Positions 37,749 through 51,092 of a stretch of 64,000 nucleotides of DNA are shown here, piece after piece (the stretch's first letter is position 1; the number at the start of each line of letters is the position of its first letter). The translations under genes were made by a program, and so were the position numbers. The stretch is from Scenedesmus sp. PABB004 (lineage: Eukaryota). The notes under the pieces were generated by a model that ran no database searches, had not been told where the DNA came from, and saw only the letters and a list, made by a program, of their open reading frames with translations. The DNA lies in the NCBI GenBank assembly GCA_014905635.1, contig JABVCE010000018.1:372001-436000 (forward strand), given 5' to 3'.

Positions 37749-38167
37749 GCGCGCGCGCGCGCGGCGGCGGCACTGAACTCGCTTGCAGCGTGCGCGGGGG
37801 TGGGCCCTGGCCCCGGGGGTGGCGTCGGTGAGCGGCCGCATTGGCCGAGCCGCGAGCGAGGGAGCGCGGGTGACGTCAGTGACACCGCGCTCGCGTGGGA
37901 GCAGCACCACCCCTCCCGCGCCGGGCGGCCAGCCCGCGCCGCGTGCAATGCGGCCCGCCGCCAATGTGCCCCCGCCCGCCCGGCCCCCGCCACGCGCGCA
38001 GCAGCAGTTCCCCAAGCCTAGCACTACAGCCCCCGCCCCGCCCGCCCGCCCGCCCTGACTCCCCAGCGCCCGCTGCGCTGCCCCGCCGCCCGTGCGCGCC
38101 CGTCCCCAGCGCCACCGCCGCGCTGCCCCGCCCGCCACCCCGCCGCCCCGCGCGAGCTGCCAGCTGC

Positions 38168-41100
38168 TCACTCGCACTTGATCGCCTGCGGCGCGGCGGC
38201 GGCGGCGCCGGCCGGGACGCGCCGCGCGCGTGGGCGGGAGAGCCGGCGCGCCGCCTTCCGCGTGCCGCCGCGCTGCTGGCTGCCGCCGGCGCCGGCGCGC
38301 CCACCTGGTAGATGCGGCGCACAAACATGAGGCTCGCGCGCCACCCGACCGTCCCCAGCATCAGGAAGAAGCCGAAGCACACCTGCGTGGACGCAGCAGC
38401 AGGCGCAGCAGGGATGCGCGGTGTGGGCGGCCGGCGGCCGGGCGGTGGCGGGCGGGGACGACGCGGCGGCGGAGGACGCGGCGGCGGAGGACGCGCCGGC
38501 GGCGCGCTCTCCCACACGCACACGCGCACGCACACGCGGCCACAGCCACGCGGCCACAGCCGCGCCCAGCTCCCCACACCCCGCCCCGCGCACCATGGCG
38601 TTGTAGCCGAAGAAAAAGGCGGTCTGCATGAACCCGCTCATGCCGCTGCGCGCGGCGTAGTAGTAGAAGCAGTAGCCGTACACAAACAGCGCCGTCGACC
38701 CGCCTGCGGCGCGCGGGCGGGCGGGCGCCGCGTGTGCCGCGTGTGCAGCGCCGCGCGCGTCGCATGTCGCGTGTCGCGCGTCGCATGTCGCGTGTCGCGC
38801 GTCGCATGTCGCGTGTCGCGCGTCGCGTGCGCGCCGGCGGCAGAGGTGGTGGCGGCGGCGCGCGCTGGCTGGCGCCGCGCGCGTCGCGGCGCGGCGCACC
38901 GCAGAGGAAGGAGCGCCACCACCAGCGGTGGTCCTCGACCGCGAGCTGGAAGTAGGTCAGCGCGACGGTGATGAACGCGGTCACTATGATGAGGATGATG
39001 TAGACGATGAACAGGATGCTCCAAATGATGTACACCTGGCAGCAGCGGCAGCAGCGGCAGCGGCGGCGGCAGCAGCAGGGGTGAGCAGCAGGGGAGAGCG
39101 CGGGCGCGGCGGGCGGGGCGCGAGGGCGGCGGGCGAGGGGTGAGGCGCGGGGTGAGGCGCGGCGCGCGCGCGCGGGCGGGCGGGCCGGGAGGGCAGCATG
39201 CAGCATGCAAACGCATGCAAACGCGCGCGGGCGTGCGCCGCGCGCGGCGGTCGGCTGCGCGGCGAGACAAGGCCCTGCGCGCCTTGTGGCCCCAGACGCT
39301 GGCGAAGATGTAGTAGAGCTCCACGTAGATGGCGCTGAAGGGCAGGAAGCCGGCCATGACCATCTGGGGCACCGCCGTCCTGCGGGGTGGCGGCGGCAAG
39401 GGCAAGGGGTGAGTTGTGTGCGTGCGTGTGTGAGGGTGTGCGGATGTGTGAGGGTGTGCGTGTGCGTGTGAGGTGTGGGCGGTGGGGCGGCGCGGGCGCG
39501 GGGGCCGCCGCACCTGTACCAGGGCAGCTCGGGGATCTCGCGGGGGTACTTGTTGGTTCTGTGTGCGGCGTGCGTGCGTGCGGGTGGGGCGTGTGCGCGT
39601 TGAGGTGGGCGCGGCGGGCGCCGGCCGACCGCGGGCGCCGCCCAGCTGGGGCCCACTGCCGCCGCGGCCCGCCGCGCTCCGCGCGCGCACCGGCAGGGCG
39701 CCGCAAACTCTGCCTTTTTGTTCTTGCCCGCGATGCCGCCCGCGACGGTGAGCGGGATGGTCACGAGGCCCCATATGACGAGGATGATGACGATCGTGCC
39801 AAACGGCAGCGCCGCCGTCGACTGGCGGCGGCGGCACGCGAGAAGTGACGGTGTGAGTGCGCGAGTGTGTGCGAGTGTGTGCGTGCGTGGGGCGAGCGCG
39901 CGCAGGGCGCCGGCGGCTCGCGCAGAGCACGCAGCGCGGCGCAGCGCACAGCGCAGCGCAGCGCGGCGCAGCGCAGCGCAGAGCACGCAGCGCGGCGCAG
40001 CGCGGCGCGGCGCACAGCACAGCGCGCAGAGCACGCCCCAGCACGCACGCGGTAGACGATGGCGACTGTGTTTAGGAACATGAACATCCCGAAGAAGGGC
40101 CCCGCGTACACAAACACGGTGAGCAGGATGTTGTGCACCCACGCGCCGCCCTCCATCTGGGCGTAGTAGCTCGCGCCGACGTAGCCCGCGACGCAGGCGG
40201 TGAGGGCGTAGAGCACAATGAGCGCGGTGAAGAGCGCGCCGCGGTTGTAGGGGTAGAAGACGCCGACGAGCGCGAGGCCAAAGATGCAGAGCGAGAGCGC
40301 AAAGATCTGCGTCCCCGTGCCCACGAACGAGGCAAAGAGGCTCTTGGCCGGCGGGAAGCGGAAGACGTCGCCGTGGATGTACTTCCACCCGCTCTCCTCC
40401 TCCTCCATCGCGGCTGCGGGCGGCGCGTGTGTGGGTGGGCGCGGCGGCGTGGGTGGGCGGGTGCGCAGGTGGGCGGGAGCGAGGGAGAGCCCGGCGGGCT
40501 GTCCGAGGGAGGGGGAGGCGCGGCGGTGCGGCAGCGCGGCGGCCGGGGGCCCCCGCCGCCTCCGTGCGCAGACGCCGCCCGCCCACAGCAGCACAGCACA
40601 ACGCGCGCGCGCCCGCAACTCGCGGCCCGCCCCGCGCACCGTCCTCGCGGCTGAACTTGACAAAGTCTGCCTTGAGCACGCGCAGCAGGATGGTCGCGAG
40701 GAAGCCGGTCAGCAGCAGCACCGTCACGCAGCTGTTGATGATGGAGAACCAGTGGATCTGATTGAGAGGGATGACGATGATGCCCCAGGGTTCAAGGGTG
40801 CAGGGTTCAGGAGGGGTGCCGGGACGGGCGGCGGGCGGCGGTGCGGGCGCGGCGCCGCGGTGAGCGCGCGGGCCGGCCGGCGAACGGCGTGGGCGCGGCG
40901 CCCCGCCCAGCTGCCCCGCCCCAGCCGCCGCCGCGCGCCCCCGCGTCCGCCGCCGCTCCCGCCGCGTGTCCCGACGCGCCTCGAGGTGGATGGGGTTAAG
41001 CGGGAAGCGCTCGTAGCGCGCGAGGCGCTGGTCAAACGGGATGCTCACGGCGCTCCACTTGACGCTGTAGCTGAACGCAACCTGCGCGCGCGCGCGGGCG

Positions 41101-42810
41101 CGCCGCGGGGCTGACGCCAGCGCCCGCCGCTCTCCGCGCGCCGCAGCGCCGCCCGCCGCCGCCCTCTGCGCGCCGCGCCCCGCCGCCACGCCGCCGCGCC
41201 GCCGCCGCCGCCGCAGCGCCGCCCTCCCCGCGCGCCCCGCCGCCGCGCCGCCCTCCCCGCGCCGCCGCGCGCGCCTTGACGTCGCGCGTGTTTTCGCTGA
41301 TGTCGACCGCCTGCGCGGGGTCTGTGAGGACGTTGATCTCGATCACGCGGTCGCCGTTGTACTTGATGTCAAAGTCGACGTGGCTGAACAGGTAAAACCT
41401 GTACTCCGGCTGGCCCGCCTTGGGGATGATCTTCTCAACCTGGGCGCGCGCCGCGCGGCGCAGACGAGCGCGTGAGCAGGAGGCGAGGCGCGCGCGGGCG
41501 GCGGGCGGGCGCGGAGAGCCGCCCGCCGCAGCTGCTGCCGCCGCTGGCTGCTGCCGGGCGTCCCGGCTCCAGCTGCTGCCCTGGCCGCCGTTGCAGCGCC
41601 GCCGCTCCGACGCGCGCTGCCGCTGCGGCCCCGTCGCTCCGGCCGCCGCTCCAGCACGCGCTGCCGCCGCAGCGCCGCCCCGCGCCCCTCCGCCCCCGCC
41701 CCCGCCCTGCCAGTGCGCGTCGCCCCCACCTTGCCGATGAAGCCCCAGACCGGCAGGTCATCGTAGTACATCTGAAAGTACCAGTCCTCCATCACCGCCT
41801 GCAGCGCAGCGTGCAGTGAGCGCGCATCGGGCGCGGAAGCGGCTCAGCGCGGGGGCGGCTCAGCGCGCGGCGCCGCCCGCTGCGAGCGCCGCGGGCGCCC
41901 TGCCGCTGCCCGCTGCCGCCGCCTGCTACCGCCGCCCGCTGCCACTGCCCGCCAGCGCCGCCCTCTGCCGCCGCCCGCCAGCGCAACCGGCTGCCGCCGC
42001 CCGCTGCCGCCGCGCGCTGGTGCCGGCGCCTGCGTGCCGGCGCCCTCGGGGGCGCTGCCGCAGCGGCTCACGCGTCTGAACTTGATCATGTCCTCGTCCG
42101 ACAGCGTCTTCTCGCAGATGCGCTCCGCGGTGCGCTCGACGAGAAAGTCGAGCGCGTAGGGCGTGGTGGCCATGCGGTTCGCGTCGACCACCTGCCGCCG
42201 GCGGCCGCGGCGGCCGCGGCGGCAGCGCGGGCGGCGCGGGCGAGGCGCGGCCGTGACGCGCGGGCGCACCGCTACGGCGCAGGGGCGGGCGGGGACGGCC
42301 GGCCGGGCGGCGCACACGCACCTCGCCCATGCCGAGCGTCTTGTAGCGCACGCCGTCCTTGGGCTTGCAGTACGGCAGCTTGTAGTACTCGTACGTCTCG
42401 CTGCGGCGGGCGCGGGGCGGTCAGAAGCGACCAGGGCGCGCGGGGCAGCGTCGGGCGCCGCGTGGGCGCACCTGGGGTTGGCGAACGGCCCCACCTGGCG
42501 ATGCAGCAGCAGCAGCGGCAGCAGCACGGGGTCTTGGGTCAGCCAGGGCCGCTGGCGGCGCAGCGGCGCGCCGTGCGGCACGGCCGTGCGTCCCTGGACC
42601 CCCTGCCGCGCCCGAGGCGCGCACCTTGGCCGCATACAGCGGCACTGGGTCGCCCTTGCCAAACTTGTGGTCGTTGCCGAGCAGCTGGCGGCCGTGCGGG
42701 CGGCCCAGCGACGCCCCAAGCACGCCTGAGCTCGCGGGGACCGCTGCCGCGCCCGCCAGCAGCGCCAGCAGCGCGGCTGCTGCCAGGGCGCTCTGCGATG
42801 GCCGCCCCAT
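38168..42810 (-). CDS. Transmembrane 9 superfamily (nonaspanin/EMP70) protein, many exons
   Basis: Signal peptide; KVGPFANP, YFQMYYDDLPVWGFIG, IHWFSIINS, EESGWKYIHGDVFRFP, GFLPFSAIYVELYYIF, EDHRWWWRSF, C-terminal AIKCE (KxD/E Golgi retention motif). Confidence 0.96.
38757..38826. repeat. Intronic 21-bp tandem repeat (about 3 copies)
   Basis: gcgtcgcatgtcgcgtgtcgc repeated. Confidence 0.8.
39925..40030. repeat. Intronic degenerate pentamer repeat (GCAGC/GCGGC)
   Basis: Read directly inside a TM9SF intron. Confidence 0.65.
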
Positions 42811-43150
42811 GGTGGCGCCTGCGCGCAGCGGGCAGTCCGGGGTGCGCAGACCTGTCGGGCACAGTGCGGCGGCGCGGGCGCCGCGGCGGCAGCGGCTGCC
42901 CGCGCCGGCGGGCGTGCGTCGCGGCGCCGCTGTCGTCGGCGGTTGAGCGGCGCCGCTGCTGCGCTGGTCGACAGGCCGGCGCCCCTGTCGAGGCCACACT
43001 GCCCGTAGCCGCGTGCGCAGCAACGACGCTGCGATCGGCGGCGGCGCGCACGTCGCCGCCGCGTGCAGCAGCGCCCGGGCCGCGCGCTGCGGTCGCAGAC
43101 GATCGCCGCGGCGCGGGGGCCTGGGCCGCCTGCCCCGTGCCCGTGCCGGC

Positions 43151-46100
43151 ATGGAGGGCCTGCGGGCGTGGCTGCGGGAGCGGCACAGCCTGGCGGTGGC
43201 GGTGTTCGCCACGCCCGCGGCGGAGGCGGTGCTGGCGCGCAGTGGCGTGGGCGTGGTCGACCTGCTGCGCCCCGTGGCGCTGGTCAACAGCCTGAACGGT
43301 GCGCCAGCGCGCCGGCAGCCGGCCACGGCTGAGCGGCGGCGCGCGCAGGCCGGCAGACAAACGCGCCCGCGCCGCCGCCGCACGTGCTGCCGCTGCTGCT
43401 GCGCCGCCGCAGTGCCGATGCGCGTGGGCGAGTTTTCGTCGCGCGTGCAGGAGGTGCAGCTGGGGCTGTACGGCGCGGCGACGATGTTCCAGCCGCCGCC
43501 AGAGGTGCGCGGGTCGGGGCGCGGGTCCGAGCGCGGGCGAGCGGCGTCGGGCGCGGCCGCGCCCAGCGCTGCCGCGACGGCCGCAGGTGCTGGACGAGGC
43601 GCTGCGGCAGCTGCTCGTGCGCGCGGCGGCGCGCCACGCCGACCTCGCGCCGCGGCCCGACCTGGTGGCGCACGTGCGCGCGGGTGAGCGGGCGCGCAGC
43701 GGCGCACAACCGCCGCCCGCGGTGCGCCGCGCCCGCCGCCCGCGCGCGCCGCAGCGCTCACGCCGCGGCCGCCGCGCAGAGTCGCCCGCCGCGCTGTGCC
43801 CGTGGTTCACGGCGTACGTGGCGGAGTTCATGCGCCTCCTGCGCTTCACGGAGCACGAGGCGCTGGACCACCCCGCCGGCGGTGCGGCGCGGCGCGGCCG
43901 CGGCCGCGGGCAGCGCGGCCAGCACTGTGCTCGTCCCTCTGGGTCGGCCGCCCACCCGCTGTTGCCCCGCGGCCACGCGGCGCCGCGGTCCGCAGGCCTG
44001 TTTGTGATGCCCTCCAACGCCGCCGCGCCGCTCGCTGTCGCGGAGAAGCTGCTCGCGCCGGGCGGCGCGGACGCACCGCTGCGCGGCAGCGCCGCCGTCA
44101 TGCCGCCGCAGGACCACCTCTTTGCAAAGCACTTTGTGCTGCTGCAGGACGTTGCGGGCGGCATGGACGACGCGCAGTGAGCGCCAGCCCGGGGCAGCGC
44201 GCCGCGCCGCGGCCGGCCGCCGGCGCGCGCGGCGGCCGCTGCGCGCAGGGGCCACCGCCCACCACGCGCCGCCCGCCACGTGCCGGCCGCCGCCGCAGGG
44301 CGCTGATGAATCTCGCCACGCTCAGCAACGTGTACGGCGCGGCCAACTGCTCCGTGCTGCGCGTCTATGCCGGCGGCGGCGGCGGCGAGGGCGTGCCGCC
44401 GGCGGTGTTCCAGGCCGTGCGGCACGCGACGCTGCCCGGCGGCGGCGCGGGTGCGGGGGCGGCCGCGCGGCGGGCGCTGCGCCGGCTCGCATGCGCGCGC
44501 GCACGGGCGGCTGGCGGCCGGCGGCCGACGCCGGCGCCGGCGCCGGTGCCGCGCCCGCAGGCGAGCCGGCGCAGCGCCCGCCGGAGCCGCCCGGCGGCCT
44601 GGGCGCGGGGCTGGGGCCGGACGACCTGGCCGCCGCGGGGCAGCTGCTGCGCGACTTTGCGGAGCGCACGCTGCTGCCGCGCGTGGAGGAGCGCGTCGCG
44701 CGGCTCAACCTCGCCGTCTCGACCGCGCGCAAGGGCCTCAAAAACCGCCTCACGCGCCTGTGGAAGGGCGCCGCGGGCGAGGCCGCGCCGGCGCAGGCAC
44801 GCCGCTGCGCGCGGCGCGTGGCGCGGCCCCGCCGCCGCCGCCGCCGCGGCGAAGGCCGCGCGCGCCATGCCCCGCGCCCGCGCCCGCGGGCCCCGCCCAC
44901 GCGCGTCTGCCCGCGGCGGCGCGCAGGGCGACGTGACGTACGCGTGGCACAGCGTGGAGGGCCAGATGCGGTGCCTCGCCGACCTCTCCTTCCTGCTGGG
45001 CCAGCACGACGCCGCCGCGGCGACGTACCGCCTCGCGGCGCAGGACTACCTCGCAGCGCCCAACGCGCGCTGGTACGCCGGCGCCGAGGTGCGACCTGCC
45101 GCGCGCACCGCGAGAGCCGCGAGTGCGCCCGGCTGCCGCCGCACCCGCGCGCCCGGCCGCGACGCCCGCCCGCCTGCGCTGCGCGTGTGCGGGGCCCGGC
45201 GCGCGCAGGAGATGATCGGGCTGTGCGCGCTGCTGAGCGGCGACCCGGGCGCCGACCCGCTCAAGTACCTCGGTCGCGCGCACGACCACTATGGCCGCAC
45301 GCGCGCCCGGGGCGGCCGCATGCTCGCGACGCGCGCGATGCTCACCGCGGCGGCGTACCAGGCCGCCGGCGGCAGGTGCGCGCGCGCGCGTGCGCGCACC
45401 GCACGCCGCCGCCGCCGCCCGCCGCCGCGGGGGCGCCTGCCCAGCGCGCGCGCCGGCGCCGTCGCCGCACGGTCGCCTCTGCGCCTCTGCCGCCGGCGCA
45501 GGCACCTCGCGGCCAACGCCTCGCTCATGCGGGCGCATCTCGAGGAGGAGCCTGCGCGCGCGGGGCTGCTGCTCGAGGCCTCGGCCTACGCGCTGCTGCG
45601 CGCGTCGCCGCCCGCGCTGCGCAAGGCGGGCTTTGCGCTCGTGCTCGCGGGGCTGCGCTACCACGCGGCCGGCAACCGCCGCCTCGCCGCGCACTGCTAC
45701 AGCCAGGCGCGCGTGGCGGTCGGCCGCATGCGCGCGGCGCGGCGCGGCGCGGCGTGGGCCCGTGCGGCCGCCAGCCCCGGCGCGGCGCGGCGCGCAGGTG
45801 TCGCGCATCTACTCGCCCGGCGCGTGGCGGGGCATCAGCGAGCACCTCGCCGACGTCCTGGGCAAGCAGTGCGCGGAGCTCGGCGACGCCGCGGGCGCGC
45901 TGCGCTATGCGGCGGCGCTGCTCGACTGCGCGCACCGCCCGGCGGCGGCGCAGGCGGCCCACCTGGCCCGCTTCATGCACGCACTCGCCGCGGCGGGCGC
46001 CACCGCGGTGCCGGGCCTCGTGCTGCCCGCGGTGGTGACGGACAGCGTGTTTGTGCGGCACGCCGACACGCGGTGCTACGCGCCCGGCGCGCCGCCGCCG

Positions 46101-47013
46101 GCAGCGGCCGGCGGCGGCGGCGGCGGGGAGGCGTCGCCCGGGGCGGCCTGGGGCCAGCTGGAGCAGCTGCTCGCCGGCGGCGAGATGCCGACCAGCAACT
46201 GGCTGGAGGGCGCCAAGCAGGTGCACGACGGCGAGGAGTTCAATACTGTGGCCGCGGGCGAGGAGGTGAGCGTGGAGGTGACGTTCTCCAACCCGCTGGC
46301 CGTGAAGCTCGCGCTGAGCGAGGTGCAGCTGGTCGTGCAGTTCACGCCGGCGCCGGCGGCGGCAGGGCAGCAGGCGGGGCAGCAGCAGGGGGGCCAGCAC
46401 GCGGCGCAGCAGGCGGCGCAGCAGGCGCACGACGCGGCTCAGGCGGCGCAGGCGCAGCAGCTGGACGTGCTAGCCGCGTGCGCGTCGCCGCCGGCGGCCG
46501 ACCAGGTGGTTGTGGGCGCAGCGGCCTTCACGCTGCACCCAGGCGAGGTGCTGAGCCAGCGCCTCACGGTGCGCCCGCTCTCGGCCGGCTGGCTGCGCGT
46601 CACGGGCGTGAGCTGGCTGCTGGGCGGCGCGGCGCGCGGCGCGGCGGCGTTTGACATCAAGGGCCGCCGGCGCAAGCGGCCCAAGGGCGACAGGTGCGGC
46701 GGCGGCGCGGCGCGCCGCCGCGCCCCGCGGCACGCGCGGCGCCGAGCCCCCGCTGCCGCCGCTGGCTCGCCGCCGGCTTGCCCGCAGGCCGAGCCAGCAG
46801 AAGCACTACCCGCCCGCGCGGCGGCTGCTGTTCCACGTCCTGCGCGGCATGCCCCGCCTCGAGGCGGCACTGGAGGGGCTGCCGGCCGAGGCGGCCGTGG
46901 GCGAGCTGCTGCGCGTCAACGTGCGGCTGCGCAACGTCGGCCTGCAGGCAGCGCGCGGCCTCAAGGCCGCCGTGAGCCACCCGGGCGTGGCGCTGGCGTC
47001 TCCAGGGAAGCCC

Positions 47014-47101
<88 letters not shown>

Positions 47102-47495
47102 CGGGCAGCGACGTGTGGCAGGAGCTGGCAGGTGAGAGCGGCCGGGCAGGTGGTGGGGCGCCCGCCCGCCGCGCGCAAGCCGCCGCGCACGCCCGTGTGA
47201 GGGCCCACGCTCCGCCCCGTGCCCCGCACGCGCCGCTGCAGCGGCATCCGACGTCATCACGCCCCTGCACCACCGCGCGGCGCACCGCCGGCACCAGTCG
47301 AGCGGCGCAGCACTGGTGTCGGCCGCCCACGCTCGCGCCGCGGCTGCCGGCGGCGCCGGCGGCAGCGGCGGCGGCGCGCTCGGCGACGCGGCGGCGGCGC
47401 ACCTGCCCCACATACAGAGCATGCCCTCGGTGCACGAGGCGGCCGCCGCCGCGGCTGCAGCGGCCGCCGGCTGCAGCGCACCCGAGCCGCCGCCG

Positions 47496-47526
<31 letters not shown>

Positions 47527-49097
47527 GCCTCGCCACTGTGTTTGCTGTCGGTGAGCCGGACCTCGTGCTGGCGCCAGGGCAGGGCGTGTGCGTGCCGATG
47601 TGGGTGCACGTGGCGGCGCCGGGGCGCTTCAGCTTCCAGTGCGCCTGGTTCTGCGAGCCCGCGGAGGGCGGCGCGCCGGGGATGCGCTACAGGGTGCTGC
47701 TCTCCCACCACAGCCTGGGCGTGGCGCCGCTGCTCGAGCTCGCGCCCAGCGTCAGCCCCTGCGGCACCGACCTGCGCCGATATTCCCTGCGCCTGCAGGC
47801 GGCGGCGAGCAAGGTGACGCTGCACGCGCGGGCGGGGTGCAAAGGGCGGGACGAGAGCTGACGCAACCGCACGCGCACGCGCCTGCAGGAGGCGGCCGGC
47901 GTGGTGGCGCTGCAGCAGGTCAGCGCGCTCACGGCGGGCGGCGACGAGAGCTGGCGCGTCACGCGCTTTGGCGGCGCGGGCGACGACGCCGCCGCGGGCG
48001 CGGCCCGGTCGCTCGCGCCTGGCCTGCGCATGGCGGCGGGCGAGAGCTGCACGCACTACGTGCAGCTGCTGGCGCCGGCGGGCGGCGACGCGCACGGCGG
48101 CGCCACAGCCACGCAGGAGCCGCTGCCGGTGCTGCAGGGGCCGCTGCACTACTTCTATCGCCGGGGGCTGGCCGCCCGCGGCGCAGGCGCCGGCGCCGGC
48201 ACGGGCGCGGAGGCCGCGGCGGCGCTGCCGGGCGGCCTCGAGCGCCGCGACGCGCTGGCGGCGGAGCCGCCCGTCGACCTGCTCGCGGTGTGGCGCTTCG
48301 AGCCGCAGGGCGGCGGCGCGGGCCTCGGCGCGCCGGCGGCCGCGCAGGCGCAGGCGCGGCCGCGCGTGGGGCTGCTGGCGTTCTACGACCTCTGCGCGGC
48401 GGCGCAGCTCAACCCCGTGCGCCTCACGCTGGAGGGCCCCGGGCTGCGCGCGCCGCTGCGGCACGACTTCAGGGCTGCCTCGCTGTGCGTGGTGCCGCTG
48501 GCGCTGCGGCTGCGCAACTGCGGCGCCGCGCCGGTCGCGGCCACGGTGCGCGCCGCGAGCGCGTGGGATGGCGTGTCGGGCGAGCACGCGTGGCATGCGA
48601 CGCCGCCGCCGCCGGGCAGCCGGCACGGCGGCCTGCTGGGAGCCCCGGGCGCGGCCGGCAGCGCCGGCAGCTCGCCGCGGCCGCGCACGCCGCCCTCCGC
48701 CGGCGGCGCGGAGTCGCCGCAGGTGCAGCAGCCGCAGCAGCCGGGCGGCGGCGGCGGCGGCGCGCCGGGCCCCTTCAGCAGCGCCGCCGCGCACGGCCCG
48801 CTGCCCGACGGCGGCGCCGCGGGCGTGCAGGCGGGGCTGCCGCCGGCGGGCGAGCGCGCGTGGTGCGGGCCGACGTGCGTGCCGGTCGGCCCGCTGCCGC
48901 CGGGCGGCGCGGCCGAGGTGGTGCTGCGGCTGGCGGTGTTCCGGCCAGGGACGTATGTGGTCGATGACTACGGCGTGGACTGGGCCCTCGCCGACGCGCC
49001 GCCGCGCCCCGGCGCCGCCGGCGCCGGCGGCGCCGGCCGGCGCCGCCAGGGCGCGCGCGTGGGCGAGGCGGTGGTGCTCACCGTGGAGGCGGCGTGA
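43151..49097 (+). CDS. TRAPPC8: TRAPP III subunit TRAPPC8/Trs85 homolog, many exons
   Basis: PWFTAY...LRFTEHEALDHP, LLPRVEERVARLN..VSTARKGLKNRLTRLWK, SVEGQMRCLADLSFLLG, YAGAE|EM, RKAGFALVLAG.RY, EVSVEVTFSNPLAVKL. Confidence 0.9.
47017..47100 (+). repeat. Perfect (CAG)28 coding polyQ tract in TRAPPC8
   Basis: 84 nt of uninterrupted CAG, in frame as Q28. Confidence 0.9.
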
Positions 49098-49353
49098 GGC
49101 GCGCGGGCGCCGCGGCGCCGCGCGCGCGCGTGCAACACGGCCTTGCGCCGCGCGTCGCGCGGGCGCGGGCCCCGCGCCCCGTTCTTGAGCCGCCGCCGCC
49201 CAGTCCGTCAACGGCCGTGTCCCCGCCGCCTCCACCCGGGCAGGCCACACGCACGCACGCGCCACACGCACGCGCTGCTGCCGCTGCTGCTGCCGCGCCG
49301 CCCGCCGCTGCTCTCGCGCTGGCCCGCCGCACCCCGCCTGCTGCCCGCCAGCC

Positions 49354-51004
49354 ATGGCGGAGGGGCCGGGTGGAGCCTCCATATTCCGTCGCGGCGGCCA
49401 CAAGAAGGAGCTGCTGGACGGCGGCGCGCCAGCCGGCAGCGACGACGCGCAGGAGCTCGCGCGGCACCTGTCGCAGCTGGCGGCCGCCTGGGCGGCGCCC
49501 AAGGCCAGGTGCGTTGCGGGAGGCTCGTCCCGGCGCCCTCCGGGCCCCGTCCCACGCCCAGCCCGCGCGCCGCAGGAGGCGCGCTGCCGCCGCGGTCTGG
49601 CGGCCGGCGCTCGGCGCGTTCGAGCTCCTGGACCGGGGGCGGCAGCAGTTCAGCGGCCTGGGCTTCCTGTACGACAAGAAGCACTACCTCAACGCCGAGG
49701 AGGCCGTGTGCGCGCAGCGGGGCGCGCGGCCGCGCCAGCCGGCAGCGGCGCCAGCCGGCAGCGGCGCCCGCTCAATCGCCGCGCCGCGCCGCGCGCAGGT
49801 TCATGGCGGACCAGGGCAGCCTGCTGCTGCTGCTGGAGCGGCCGGGCGGGCAGCAGCAGCTGCTGAGCATGCAGGAGGGCCTGGCGATGCTGGTGCGCGC
49901 GCCGCAAGGGCCGGCGCCGCCTGCAGCACCCTGCGGCACGGCGCGGGGCAGCGGCTCACCACCCGCCGCGCCGCCGCCCACGCAGGCGGCGCTGGACATC
50001 GACCGGGGGCGGCTGCTCGTTCTCAGCCACCTGAGCCGGCTGGGCTACGTCGTGCGGCGCCACCCCGCCTGCTGGGCAGCGCCCGGCGGCCAGCCGCCCT
50101 GCGCCAGCTGGCAGGCCAACCCCGCCTGGGCGCACACCGACGGGCTGCCGCCGCCCGCGCCGGGGCAGCCGGCCCGGCAGCTGGCGTTGCAGGCAGGCGC
50201 CGCGGCGACGGCGGCAGCTGGCGAGGCGCCCGATGAGGCCGCCGCCGCGCCGCGCGGCAAGCGGCGCAAGCTGGGCGGCGGCGCGGCAGCGGGCGCGGCA
50301 GCTGGGGAGGAGCCCGCGAGCGCCGGCTGGTGGGCACCGCTGCCGCCGTGGCTTGTGGGCACGCCGGCGGAGCAGGCGGCGGCGGGCGGCGAGGCGGCGT
50401 GCGCGCCCGACGAGCTGCTGGGCGCGCAGCTGGCGCGGCGCTTCCCGGGGCTGGCGCCGCTGCCCACCTACCGGGGCGGCGGCGGCGGCGAAGGCTGCGG
50501 CGGCGGCGGCGTGCCCGCCGAAGAAGCGCACGGGCAGGCGGCCGCCGAGCGCGCCGCCGACATGGTGCGCACGCCCGGCGCCTGGGAACCTGCGCCGGCG
50601 GGCCGCTGCCCGGCGCCGCAGGGTTGAGGGTTCAGGGCCGCTGCCCGGCGCTGCCCTGCGCCGCGTCGCAGGTGTATGACGCCCTGGTCGCGCAGCAGCA
50701 CTTCAGCTACCGCGCGCCGCCCGCGCCGGAGCTGAGCCTCGCCATGCCCCGCCCCGGCGCGGCCGCGCTGCCCCGCCTGGATGAGCTGCTCGACCTCGCC
50801 GCCGCCGCGGCCGGCGGCAGCAGCACGAGCGGCGGCGCTACGGCGGAGGACGACGACGATGCGGGCGGCGCGGCGGGGGCGGCGCGCGGCGGCGCGGTGC
50901 TGTTTGCCCTGCCCGACGGCGGCGACGTCAACTTTTACGCGCTGCGCCCCGTGGGCATCATGGACCTGCTGACCAACGGGCGCGGCGAAGCGGCGACGCG
51001 GTGA
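49354..51004 (+). CDS. TSEN54: tRNA-splicing endonuclease subunit Sen54-like protein (about 5 exons)
   Basis: GLGF....HYLNAEEAV|FMADQGSL, LSMQEGLAML and VLSHLSRLGYVVRRH match the Sen54 N-terminal pattern (L.PEEA.YL.ERG.L / LS.QEA / HL.RLGY.V.R). Confidence 0.75.
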
Positions 51005-51092
51005 CGCGGTGACGCGGCGCGGTCGGGCAGGGGCTGCGCAGCCGTGTTGACAAAGCAACGCGGCGCCGCGGCGCACGCTCGCCGCGCGGGGC

